Below, piece after piece: positions 18,483 to 27,593 of a DNA stretch of 64,000 bases (its first letter is position 1; the number at the start of each line of letters is the position of its first letter). Made by a program: the position numbers and the translations under genes. Under the pieces are notes generated by a model, which worked only from the letters and a program-made list of their open reading frames with translations, did not search any database and was not told the origin of the DNA. This DNA comes from Vulcanimicrobiota bacterium (GTDB lineage Bacteria > Vulcanimicrobiota > Xenobia > Xenobiales > JADMJV01), in the NCBI GenBank assembly GCA_050250895.1, contig JBFWNU010000002.1:663659-727658 (forward strand), written 5' to 3'.

Positions 18483-19250
18483 TTGGAAGAGAACGAACAC
18501 GATCTGCAAAACGAGAAGGCCAGCTTTCACCCTGCGCTCAACCCGAATATGGCCCAACCTCGGCCGGCCGACGAGCGGGCCGCCAAAGCTAACGCCGAAT
18601 TGCACGCTATGGGGGCGAGCAATCGAAAGGCCAACCAGACCCGAAACATTATCGGCTTGGTGTGCATCGTGTTGGCCCTCGGCGCCTTCAGCATGGTGGG
18701 ACGGTGCTCGCAGGGCGCGGTTTTGACCTCGCACTATGGCGACGCCCAGACGATGTACATCCAGCGGGTGAAGGGCCTCGGGTCGTATAAGAGCACTCAC
18801 CATTTCGACGGCGTGGTCAAAGAGATGGATCGCCTTTCCAGTCTAGCTCCCAAGTGGCCCGAGCCTCCCATGTATAACGCCAGCGTCAAACTGGTATCGT
18901 TCCAACAAGAGATGGCCCAGAAACGCGGCGCCAACTCCGAGTTGCTCGAAGAAGCCGCTGCTTATCTCGACGAATGCGATAAACGAGACCGAAAGTTTCC
19001 GCCGACCGCCTACTTTCGTGGAATGATCGCTTACATGCAGGGCGACGATAAGGGCGCCGAGACCTATCTCGACGAGTGTGCCGCCAAAGCCCGCGATTAT
19101 TATTCTGATAAGGCCTGGGCCGACGAGTGGATAGCCCAGTGCGAGGGCGCTCGCAAGGACATTCGCAAGGGCGAGAAGATGAAAACCAAGATCCGCTGCC
19201 TACCCACCCTGAAGATGTTGCCCAAGTGGCAGATCATCAACGGGGCCTAA
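18483..19250 (+). CDS. Membrane-anchored helical (TPR-like) hypothetical protein
   Basis: GGAGG RBS, one TM segment, TPR-like AYFRGMIAYMQGDDKGAETYL. Confidence 0.6.
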   Translation: MEENEHDLQNEKASFHPALNPNMAQPRPADERAAKANAELHAMGASNRKANQTRNIIGLVCIVLALGAFSMVGRCSQGAVLTSHYGDAQTMYIQRVKGLGSYKSTHHFDGVVKEMDRLSSLAPKWPEPPMYNASVKLVSFQQEMAQKRGANSELLEEAAAYLDECDKRDRKFPPTAYFRGMIAYMQGDDKGAETYLDECAAKARDYYSDKAWADEWIAQCEGARKDIRKGEKMKTKIRCLPTLKMLPKWQIINGA

Positions 19251-19899
19251 AGTCGCGCATTTGGACCGTCACGGGGCCACGGGTGGCCAAAGCGGCTCGA
19301 TAGTCCCGAGGGACATCGAGTTCGTAAAGGTTCCAGCCCGGGCAGTTATGGAAGGCCGGCGTCTGGCGGTCGAGGTTGACCGAAAAAGCATCCAGGGGAT
19401 GGGACAACCCATCCCCTAATGCTTTGATATAGGCCTCTTTGCGGGTCCAGATGGTGAAAAACTCCTGGCTTTGCTCGGCGGGGGAAAGGGTCTCGAAAAG
19501 AGCCACCTCGTCGGCCGCGAAGAAGCGCCGGGCCAGACTGAGATACTCTACCGGACGCTCGGTGTATTCGACGTCGACCCCGAGCTGGGTCGTTCCCACC
19601 GCCATCAGCGCAAGCTGGTGGGCGTGGCTGAGGTTGAACTCCAGCCCACTCCCCACCAGTTGGGGCTTGCCGTATTCGGCCCGGCTCAGCTGCCACTGGC
19701 CAGCCCCCAGATAAAGATCCAGGATCGACTGCTGGGCAAAGTGAGACAAGATCAGCTGGTGTCGATCTTTGTCGAATAAAAAGCGGTCGGCCCGGGCCCG
19801 ATCTTCGGGGGTCAGGGCCGCGTAGCGGTGTTCGAGATCGTGGTCGGGCCGTAGCCAGATGCGCCAAACCTCGACGGTGCCGGGTTCGAGCCGAGTCAG
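19237..19899 (-). CDS. 4'-phosphopantetheinyl transferase (Sfp/HetI type), probable CTG start
   Basis: YGKP, FNLSH, LGVDVE, WTRKEAYIKALGDGL. The conserved N-terminus (VEVWRI..LTPEDRARADRF) lies upstream of the called TTG 19749. Confidence 0.85.
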   Translation of the reverse strand: MTRLEPGTVEVWRIWLRPDHDLEHRYAALTPEDRARADRFLFDKDRHQLILSHFAQQSILDLYLGAGQWQLSRAEYGKPQLVGSGLEFNLSHAHQLALMAVGTTQLGVDVEYTERPVEYLSLARRFFAADEVALFETLSPAEQSQEFFTIWTRKEAYIKALGDGLSHPLDAFSVNLDRQTPAFHNCPGWNLYELDVPRDYRAALATRGPVTVQMRDFRPR

Positions 19900-20861
19900 T
19901 GGTCTACCAGCGGCACGCTCAGGATGACCCGGTCGTAGATGCCGCCGAAGCGTTCGGCCACCAGGCCCGGCAACTTGTCGGGGGTTCCCCGCACGGCGAA
20001 GCGGGCTAGCAGGTCATCGTCGACTAAACTGGCCATCGTCTTCCACTCGCCCTGGCGCGAGAGTTTGTGGAGTTCTTCGGCCAGCTCATCCTGGCCGATG
20101 GCCTCGAGCACGCCCCGATACGCCGGAGTCGAGCCATAGAACGAGAGCTGCCGACGCACCAGCTGGTCGAGCATAGCCTGCTGCTGCTCGTCACCCGTGA
20201 TGGCGAAGAGGCTGCCCAGCACGGTGAAGTCGTCTCGCGGGCGGTCGGCCTTCTTGAGTCCGGCTTTGACCGCCGGCATGGTGACGTTCTTGAGGTATTC
20301 TGCGTTGGTGAACGGATGGAGGACCACGAAGTTGGCCAGCTCGGCCGCCAGCGCCGTCATCTTTTCACCCACGGCCGCCAACCCGATGGGAATGTCCGGG
20401 TGCTCGATAGGACCGGGATTGAAGAACGGGGTGAGCAGGGTGTGGCGATAATAATCGCCTTCGAAATTGAGCTTGTTGCCCGTCTGAAAGGCTTCCCAGA
20501 TGGCGCGCAGGGCCAGGATCATCTCACGCATCTGGGCCACGGGCTTGTCCCACGGCATCGAAAACCGCTTCACGATGTGAGCGCGCACCTGGCTGCCCAG
20601 GCCCAGCCAGAAGCGGCCCTGCGAAAACTCGGCCAGATCCCAGGCGGTCTGGGCCAGGGTGAAGGGGCTGCGGGCCAGGGCGATGGCCACGGCCGTGCCC
20701 AGCGTCAACTTGGGACTGGCCTCGGCTGCGCGTAAGAGGTGGAAAAAGGGGTTATGGCTGGTTTCGGTGACCCAAAGACCTGAAAAGCGCAACTGCTCGG
20801 CTTTGCGAGCGGCTGTATCTACACCCTGGAGGTTACCGCTATAGACGACATCGAGTTTCAC
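19896..20861 (-). CDS. LLM-class, probably F420-dependent oxidoreductase (MSMEG_2256-like)
   Basis: ETSHNPF, GTAVAIALARSP, GLGSQVRAHI.KRFSMPW, SFYGSTPAY. Confidence 0.85.
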   Translation of the reverse strand: MKLDVVYSGNLQGVDTAARKAEQLRFSGLWVTETSHNPFFHLLRAAEASPKLTLGTAVAIALARSPFTLAQTAWDLAEFSQGRFWLGLGSQVRAHIVKRFSMPWDKPVAQMREMILALRAIWEAFQTGNKLNFEGDYYRHTLLTPFFNPGPIEHPDIPIGLAAVGEKMTALAAELANFVVLHPFTNAEYLKNVTMPAVKAGLKKADRPRDDFTVLGSLFAITGDEQQQAMLDQLVRRQLSFYGSTPAYRGVLEAIGQDELAEELHKLSRQGEWKTMASLVDDDLLARFAVRGTPDKLPGLVAERFGGIYDRVILSVPLVDH

Positions 20862-20887
20862 TCGATGACTGTTCCCGGATAGGGCTG

Positions 20888-21544
20888 TCAGTCCTCCCGG
20901 TAGTGGACGACCACCGGAGCCGTGTAGCTGCCCACCGAGTGTCCCGAGACCTCGGGTCGAAATTCGTGGTCGTAGCCGTCATGAACCTGGCGGCAGCGGT
21001 AATGCCCGTCCCAGTCGCGATCGCAGCGGGTGGTGTAGCGGCTGTCTACCTCGTGGTAGTAGCCAGCCAACTCTCTTTCAAGAACGGGCTTTTCTTGCCA
21101 TTCCAGCCGAACCCGATCCCCCATGGCATGGTTGGCTCCCAGGCCACCCCCCAACGCCCCGCCAGCGGCCGCACCCAGGCTCGCCCCGAGGCCGAGAGGC
21201 GAGTTGGTCACAGCGGCCGCGATGGTGCCCACCAGGGCCCCTCCGGCCACGCCAATCAGGCCCCAGCGGACTCCCGCCCAGAGGGCGCTGTCAGGGCTGG
21301 CCACGATGCGCTCGGTAACCGTCTCCATCGCCACCTTCCCGTCGCTGCCATAGACCGGCAGGTCGCGCCAGACCTCGCGGCCACGGCCTTCGCAGGCCCC
21401 CTGGTCGCAAGACGTAAAGTAGCGGTCGCGATGGGACGAGTAGGAGTGGTAATCGTAAGGAATGTTGCCCAGCTTGGTGCGCCGGGTGACGGGGCGGTCA
21501 TAGGTGACCTCGACATCGATTTTCTGGCGTCCGGCGATTCTCAT
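20888..21544 (-). CDS. Glycine-zipper membrane hypothetical protein
   Basis: Gly/Ala-rich hydrophobic hairpin; paralog of 21541-22164; ATGA overlap. Confidence 0.7.
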   Translation of the reverse strand: MRIAGRQKIDVEVTYDRPVTRRTKLGNIPYDYHSYSSHRDRYFTSCDQGACEGRGREVWRDLPVYGSDGKVAMETVTERIVASPDSALWAGVRWGLIGVAGGALVGTIAAAVTNSPLGLGASLGAAAGGALGGGLGANHAMGDRVRLEWQEKPVLERELAGYYHEVDSRYTTRCDRDWDGHYRCRQVHDGYDHEFRPEVSGHSVGSYTAPVVVHYRED

Positions 21545-22164
21545 TTCGGTGTCTCTCCCTCACGATAGTGGACCACCCGCGGGGTCCGATAGGCAGCCAC
21601 AGCTTCGCGCTCGAGGCGCGGCGTGAACGTGTGGTAGTAGCCGTCGCGGCCGTCGAGGCGACCCGAGCGAACGGACTCCTCATAACCGATCATGCCTCGA
21701 TGGATGGCCGATTGGTCGTCCCACACCAGGGCTACCCGGTCTTGCGAAGCGCGATGGGCCCCAAATCCTCCCAGGGCGAGGCCCGAGACCAGACCCATGG
21801 CCACAGCTCCCAGGCCGGGCTGGCCGTAGAGCGATCCGATCAGAGCACCCGCGATGGCTCCACCAACGGCGCCGCCGGCACCCCAGCCCAGAAAGGCGAA
21901 GGTCGGGTCGGCAGGACGGGCTTCGATGTGGCGGGTGACGGTGCGCATCACGGGCTGGCCCTGCCCGTCGACCAGCAACTGGTCGCGCCACACCTCCCGA
22001 GGCAGGTTTTGGCAGGCCCCGTTCTGGCAGGGCACGTACGGTGAGTCGGCATTGGGGTTCTGGTCGAAGTAGTCCCGCGGCATCGTGCCCAGCAGTTCGC
22101 GTCCGGTGACCGGAAGCTGATAGGTGACGTCGCGGGAGATCGGCTCTCGACTGGTGATTTTCAT
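21541..22164 (-). CDS. Glycine-zipper membrane hypothetical protein
   Basis: GGAG RBS; shares VTY..PVT, C.nGAC, REVWRD, DRV.L.W, P.VVHYRE with the neighbour. Confidence 0.7.
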   Translation of the reverse strand: MKITSREPISRDVTYQLPVTGRELLGTMPRDYFDQNPNADSPYVPCQNGACQNLPREVWRDQLLVDGQGQPVMRTVTRHIEARPADPTFAFLGWGAGGAVGGAIAGALIGSLYGQPGLGAVAMGLVSGLALGGFGAHRASQDRVALVWDDQSAIHRGMIGYEESVRSGRLDGRDGYYHTFTPRLEREAVAAYRTPRVVHYREGETPK

Positions 22165-22277
22165 AGCGTACTCCCCAATTCGAGGGCAGCCTACCAGAGG
22201 CAGGCTACGGGCCTATGAACAGGTTGTTGCCGTTTGCCGGAAGGTGTCCAAGGCTTTGAAGCAGTAAGTGCCTCTGC

Positions 22278-22919
22278 ATGCGCGCTTTGTTGCTCACCCT
22301 TCTGTTGGCCCTTCCGGCCCTGGCCCAGGAGGGGCATCATCATCACCACGATTTTCGCGAGGTGGAAAAGTGGGTGCGGATTTTCGAGCAGTCGGGTCGC
22401 AACGATTGGCAGAAACCAGCCGAGGTGGTGGCCTTTCTCGCACTCCAACCCGGACAAACCGTGGCCGACATCGGCGCCGGCTCCGGCTATTTTACTCGCC
22501 ATTTCGCTCGCGCGGTCGGGCCGCAGGGGAAGGCCCTGGCGGTCGAACTCGAGCAGGCCTTTTTTGGCCCCATTCGTGAGTTGGCCAAAGCCGACGGGCT
22601 CGACAACGTCGAGCCACACCTGGCCAGTCCCGATGATCCCAATCTCGAGCCGGAATCGGTCGACCTGATCTTTCTCTGTGACACCGCTCACCATATCGAC
22701 CATCGCATCGAATACTACCGTAGTCTCAAGAAGGCGCTTAAACCGGGTGGCCGGGTCGTGATCGTCGACTTTTTCAAGAATCGCTCTCTGCCCGTCGGCC
22801 CGAGCCCCGAGATGCGCTTGTCCTGGAGCCAGACCTGCTATGAGCTCGGCCAGGCAGGTTTTTCGACCACCGTCAACAGCTCGCTGTTGCCTTATCAATA
22901 TATCGTGGTGGCCCGGTGA
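22278..22919 (+). CDS. Class I SAM-dependent methyltransferase with signal peptide
   Basis: VADIGAGSGYF motif I, LKPGGRVVIVDF; N-terminal MRALLLTLLLALPALA then a His run. Confidence 0.85.
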   Translation: MRALLLTLLLALPALAQEGHHHHHDFREVEKWVRIFEQSGRNDWQKPAEVVAFLALQPGQTVADIGAGSGYFTRHFARAVGPQGKALAVELEQAFFGPIRELAKADGLDNVEPHLASPDDPNLEPESVDLIFLCDTAHHIDHRIEYYRSLKKALKPGGRVVIVDFFKNRSLPVGPSPEMRLSWSQTCYELGQAGFSTTVNSSLLPYQYIVVAR

Positions 22920-23662
22920 AGAGCTATTCTTACGCGGTCCTGGCCTGTTCGCTGGTGGCCCTGGCCTTGAGCGCGGTGCTGGTCCTGCAGTATCGCGAAC
23001 GCCAGCTTTTTCTCGACCAGATCGTTTCGGCGCGCAGCGAGCTCAAGCAAGAGCGCGAGCGGCGTGAAAAGCTCGAGCAAGAGCACCAGCGCCTGCAGCG
23101 TAAAGTCAACGACCTCGACCAGGAGTTGGCGACTCGGGAGACCGACGCCCGCGAAACCAGCCAGGAGGTGCGCCAGGCTCGGGCTCTGGCGGGTCTCGAA
23201 GACCTGGTGGGACCGGGGGTCGTGATTACACTCGAGGATAGCCCCCGCAAACCGCGCCCAGACGAGGATTATTATCCCTTTATCGTCCACGACGTGGACC
23301 TGCAGGCGCTGGTTACCGAGTTGTCGGCGGCCGGCGCCGAGGCGATTTCGATTAACGGCGAGCGGATCGTGGCCCGCTCGCCTATCCGTTGCGTCGGCCC
23401 CACCATCCTGGTCAACGAGACCCGGGTGGGAACGCCCTACGTGGTAAAGGCCATTGGAGGCAGCCAGGACCTGGAAGGCGGCCTGCGCATGCCGGCCGGC
23501 TTTCTCGACAGCATGGAGCCGCTCATGCGCCGGGGCGGCACCGTCGAGATTCTACCCGATCCGGCGGTGGAAGTTGCGGCCTATCGCGGAGCGCTGAAGT
23601 TTCGCAAAGCGGTGCCGAAGTTCACTATCGAGAAAAAGGCCGAGGCGGCTCGACAGCCTTAG
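22916..23662 (+). CDS. DUF881 family protein
   Basis: TM + coiled coil + AGL..VGPGVVITLED, VHDVDLQ.LV.EL.AAGAEAISING.R, PYVVKAIG. Confidence 0.9.
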   Translation: MKSYSYAVLACSLVALALSAVLVLQYRERQLFLDQIVSARSELKQERERREKLEQEHQRLQRKVNDLDQELATRETDARETSQEVRQARALAGLEDLVGPGVVITLEDSPRKPRPDEDYYPFIVHDVDLQALVTELSAAGAEAISINGERIVARSPIRCVGPTILVNETRVGTPYVVKAIGGSQDLEGGLRMPAGFLDSMEPLMRRGGTVEILPDPAVEVAAYRGALKFRKAVPKFTIEKKAEAARQP

Positions 23663-24219
23663 GATTTGCGCGCCAGCAGCCGGGCGGCCAGTATGCCGCC
23701 GAGCAGGCCGAATAGATGGCCTTCCCAGGAGATGCCGTGCTGCCCGGGTAGGATACCAAACAGGCACGAACCGAAGAAATAGCCGACCCCCAGCGAGAGC
23801 AGCACGGTGGTGAACTTGCGCTCGTAGTAGCCGAGAGCCATCAGGTAGCCGAGGTAGCCAAAGACGACCCCGCTGGCCCCGATGTGAACGCCCGAGTGGC
23901 CGAACATCCAGGTGCCCAGACCGCCCAGCAGCCAGGCGATGGCGGTGACGCCGGCAAAGTCTTTACCACCACGCGCCAAGATCAACCAACCGAGGATCAA
24001 CAGCGGCACGCTGTTGGCCAACAGATGGGCAAAGTTGCCGTGCAGCAGCGGAGCCCAGAGAATGCCGTCTAATCCGTCCAGCGAGCGAGGCACGATACCG
24101 TGGCGGTCTAGATTGCCGCGTAGCACGACCTCGTCGACGATCTCGAGCGACCAGAGAGAAACAAGAAAGCCCCCCATGACGGCGAGCTGCAGTTTCAGTG
24201 TTTGGCTAAGATTCTTCAC
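23659..24219 (-). CDS. Rhomboid family intramembrane serine protease
   Basis: LHGNFAHLLAN, GASG (catalytic Ser), SWEGHLFG (catalytic His). Confidence 0.9.
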   Translation of the reverse strand: MKNLSQTLKLQLAVMGGFLVSLWSLEIVDEVVLRGNLDRHGIVPRSLDGLDGILWAPLLHGNFAHLLANSVPLLILGWLILARGGKDFAGVTAIAWLLGGLGTWMFGHSGVHIGASGVVFGYLGYLMALGYYERKFTTVLLSLGVGYFFGSCLFGILPGQHGISWEGHLFGLLGGILAARLLARKS

Positions 24220-24453
24220 TCGCGTATTCTACCATAGGCAAACCCGACGGTCTAGTAGTTGCCTGACGATGCAGGCAGGAGCCGCCGATAGCCGGCCACG
24301 AGTTCGCGCTGATGACCCGCCTCGTGGCCTCCACTGGCAGCCTATCCCAAGGCAGCGCCCGGTTAGGTGAGAGTTCTCACGGTGGGTTTAACGGCAGCTT
24401 AACGCAAAGGGTCGACAATGTTCAGGTAACCTAACACAGGAGCTTATTCCATA

Positions 24454-24909
24454 ATGATTCAAGATAGAGTCCCTCAATGGGCCAAACCCACCCTCGAAAC
24501 CTACCTCAAGACCAAGCAATTTCCCGGTCAAGAGGCCAGTCCGCTCGAGCCCAAAGACGCGGTCGAGATGGGCACCCAGATTAGTCTGACCATGATTGGC
24601 GTCATGTCTGCTGACAACGGCCAGCAAGACACCAACCCCAAAAAAGGGGTGATCGATTCCCACGACAATTTCTTCGGCGCCACCCACGCCGAATTCGAAG
24701 CCAAGAGTCAGACCGAGGTCGAGGGCTTTGCCACCCTGGCCGGCGGCGACGTCTGCATCTTCGCCCGCACCGGCGTCGAGTCGACCGACGTGATTCTGCT
24801 GGCCAAAGAGGGTTCGGCCGAACAGGGCGCCATTCATATCGACAATCAGAACCCCAACGGCAGCTTCATGACCTTCGAGCGCGAGCAGGTCAACGGCTTC
24901 CTTGGCTAA
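24454..24909 (+). CDS. Hypothetical protein
   Basis: AGGAG RBS, host-like codon usage, followed by a terminator. Confidence 0.7.
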   Translation: MIQDRVPQWAKPTLETYLKTKQFPGQEASPLEPKDAVEMGTQISLTMIGVMSADNGQQDTNPKKGVIDSHDNFFGATHAEFEAKSQTEVEGFATLAGGDVCIFARTGVESTDVILLAKEGSAEQGAIHIDNQNPNGSFMTFEREQVNGFLG

Positions 24910-24924
24910 CTCCCAGCTTTGACG

Positions 24925-24953
24925 AGGCCCGGTCGACCAGACCGGGCCTTTTT
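24925..24953 (+). terminator. Intrinsic terminator
   Basis: AGGCCCGGTC-GACCA-GACCGGGCCT 10-bp stem followed by TTTT, between convergent genes. Confidence 0.75.
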
Positions 24954-25935
24954 AGATCTCGTTGCCTGACGGATGTCCGGCGGCCATTGCCGTCAGATTG
25001 GCCAGGGTGGTGGCCGCGATGTTACCGAGGGCTTCCTGGGTGAAAAAGGCCTGGTGGCCCGTGACCACCACATTGGGAAAGGTCAGGAGCCTGGCGAAGA
25101 CATCATCCTGAATCACCTGGCTCGAGAAGTCCTCGAAGAAGAGTTCGTTCTCTTCTTCATAGACATCGATCCCCAGGCCACCCAGATGACCGGACTTGAG
25201 GTGATCAATGACCGCCACCGTGTCGACCAGGGCGCCGCGGCTGGTATTGATGAGCAGGGCCCCAGCCCGCATACGTGACAGAGCCTCAGCGTTGATCAGG
25301 TGGTGGGTCTCGGGAGTCAGCGGGCAATGCAGACTCACGATCTTGGCCCGCTCGAGCAGTTCGGGCAAAGGCACGTAGCGGGCCGGTAATTCGGCCACCG
25401 GATAGGGGTCATGGGCCAGCACCTTGCAACCGAAGCCGTTGAAGATCGAAACCATCACCTGGCCGATCTTGCCGGTGCCGACCACCCCGACGGTGCGGTC
25501 CTTGAGGTCGAAGCCCAGCAAGCCGTCGAGGCTGAAGTTCATCTCGCGAACCCGGTTGTAGGCCCGGTGCAGTTTGCGGTTCAGGGTCAGAATCAGGGCC
25601 ATGGCGTGTTCGGCCACGGCGTGGGGCGAGTAGGCAGGCACCCGGGCGGCCACCATGCCCAGGCGACGGGCTGCGTCTAGGTCGAGGTTGTTGAAGCCGG
25701 CGCACCGCATGGCGATCTTCTTGACCCCGAGGGCCGCCAGCTTTTCTAGCACGACCGAGTCCAGTTCATCGTTGACAAAACAGCACACCGCCTGGTGGCC
25801 TGCCGCCAGGCTGACGGTGCGCAGATTCAGGCGCGATTCGAAGAAGCTCAGCCGATGGCCATGCTCGCCGTTGGCCTCGGACATGAACTGCTGATCGTAG
25901 GGTTTGCTGCTAAAGACAGCGACGTCGATGCTCAC
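24952..25935 (-). CDS. ldhA: D-lactate dehydrogenase / D-2-hydroxyacid dehydrogenase
   Basis: RCAGFNN, VPAYSPHAVAEH, GTGKIG, INTSRG, DVYEEE, TGHQAF. Confidence 0.9.
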   Translation of the reverse strand: MSIDVAVFSSKPYDQQFMSEANGEHGHRLSFFESRLNLRTVSLAAGHQAVCCFVNDELDSVVLEKLAALGVKKIAMRCAGFNNLDLDAARRLGMVAARVPAYSPHAVAEHAMALILTLNRKLHRAYNRVREMNFSLDGLLGFDLKDRTVGVVGTGKIGQVMVSIFNGFGCKVLAHDPYPVAELPARYVPLPELLERAKIVSLHCPLTPETHHLINAEALSRMRAGALLINTSRGALVDTVAVIDHLKSGHLGGLGIDVYEEENELFFEDFSSQVIQDDVFARLLTFPNVVVTGHQAFFTQEALGNIAATTLANLTAMAAGHPSGNEI

Positions 25936-27494
25936 CGATAAGTCTGGAACTTACCGGCCTGAAAATCCTCCCAGTACTTGTCGACTTTCTCTCGCAACAC
26001 CGGCAGCATGAGGGCCGCGCCGATGATGTTGGGAAAGGCGCAGCTGAGGATCATCAGGTCAGAGAAGTCGAGCACCGCCCCCAGGTGCACGGCCGCTCCC
26101 AGGACCACCGCGCACAGAAAGAGACCCTGGAAGATTCGGACGGTGGTGGACCCGAAGAGAAACTCCCAACCTTTCTCGCCGTAGTAATACCACGAGATCA
26201 TGGTCGAGTAGGAGAAGAGAAAGACGACCAGGGTCAGCACGTGGCCGAAGAAGGGAATCTTGGCGGCGAAGGCCTCGGAGGTCAGGGCCGCTCCCTTTTC
26301 GTTGTCGGCCTTCTCTTGCTCGGCTGCCTGCAGCGCCAGCTGGTTGGACTCGCTGGGGTCGGCCTGATAGGCCTGCTGGGCCGCTACCACGTTTCGTTGG
26401 GCGGTTCGATAGCGCTGCAGCATGCTGTTGTCGTCCATGGTGATCAAGAGCACGAGGGCCGTCATCGAGCAAACCATGATGGTATCGATGAAGGGGCCGA
26501 TCATGGCCACGATCCCTTCACGAATCGGTTCGTCGGTCTTGGCCGCCGAGTGGGCGATGGCGGCCGAGCCCACTCCCGCCTCATTGCTGAAAGCGGCCCG
26601 GCGGATACCGATGACCAACACACCCAGGACTCCGCCATGCAGCGACGTGAAGATCTGGTCGGGGTTGAAAGCCTCGTAGATGATGCTGGCGATGATGCCG
26701 GGTAGCAGAGTGATGTGGCTGCAGATGATAAAGAGCGAGGCGGTGATGTAGATGACCACCATCACCGGGACGACCTTCGAAGTGGCCGCGCCGATGCGCT
26801 CGATGCCCCCCATGATGACCAGACCCACCAGAATGGCCAGAAAGACACCGTATTGGAGGGCGTAGTCGGCCATGGCCGGATAGGTCGTGGCGATTAGTTC
26901 GAAAGACTGGTTGGCCTGGAACATATTGCCGCCCCCCAGCGAGCCCCCGATAATGAAGATGGCATACACCACCGCCAGCACCTGGCCCAAACCCGCCATA
27001 CCACGTTCGGCCAACCCGATCTTGAGGTAATACATCGGTCCGCCGCTCACCGAGCCGTCCTGGTTCTTCTGACGGTATAGCATGGCCAGACAAGCCGAAG
27101 TGAACTTGGCCGTCATGCCGAAGGTCGCAATCAGGATCATCCAGAACAGCGCGCCCGGACCTCCCTGGGCGATGGCCACGGCCACGCCGGCGATGTTGCC
27201 CAGCCCGATGGTGGCCGAGAGAGCCGAGGTCAGCGCTTGGAAATGGCTGATTTGTCCTTCGTCTTCGGGATTGTCATACAGACCACGAATGACGTCGATC
27301 GAGTGCTTGAATCCCCGAATGTTGATGAACCTGAAGTAGAGGGTGAATCCGATCGCCCCCAGCATGAGGGTGAGCACGATCAGCGGGAAAGGTCCGATCG
27401 GCAAGAACAGGACTTTGGCCATCAGATTCACGATGGGTTCGAAGATGGCGTTGAGTTGCTCCGTAATAGCGGCGGAGTTGGCCAAATAAAGCAT
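25932..27494 (-). CDS. Alanine/glycine:cation symporter (AgcS family)
   Basis: ATIGLGNIAGVA.AI..GGPGALFWM, GGPMYY, AFSNEAGVGSAAIAH, PFIDT; start ATG 27494 follows AAGGAG. Confidence 0.92.
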   Translation of the reverse strand: MLYLANSAAITEQLNAIFEPIVNLMAKVLFLPIGPFPLIVLTLMLGAIGFTLYFRFINIRGFKHSIDVIRGLYDNPEDEGQISHFQALTSALSATIGLGNIAGVAVAIAQGGPGALFWMILIATFGMTAKFTSACLAMLYRQKNQDGSVSGGPMYYLKIGLAERGMAGLGQVLAVVYAIFIIGGSLGGGNMFQANQSFELIATTYPAMADYALQYGVFLAILVGLVIMGGIERIGAATSKVVPVMVVIYITASLFIICSHITLLPGIIASIIYEAFNPDQIFTSLHGGVLGVLVIGIRRAAFSNEAGVGSAAIAHSAAKTDEPIREGIVAMIGPFIDTIMVCSMTALVLLITMDDNSMLQRYRTAQRNVVAAQQAYQADPSESNQLALQAAEQEKADNEKGAALTSEAFAAKIPFFGHVLTLVVFLFSYSTMISWYYYGEKGWEFLFGSTTVRIFQGLFLCAVVLGAAVHLGAVLDFSDLMILSCAFPNIIGAALMLPVLREKVDKYWEDFQAGKFQTYR

Positions 27495-27593
27495 AAAGAG
27501 GCTGGCTCTCCTTCGGGGATCTGCCACCCTTCGCAGGTTGTCCGCCAAATCCTGGTCCAGGAGCCCGGCGATACCACCTAGAACCCCGCTCTT

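Noticed and set aside
24309-24316. Hammerhead ribozyme core CTGATGA
   Set aside because: No downstream stem II plus GAAA.
27495-27593. Glycine riboswitch upstream of agcS
   Set aside because: Only CCGAAGGAG matches, and it doubles as the SD; the rest of the aptamer is not visible.
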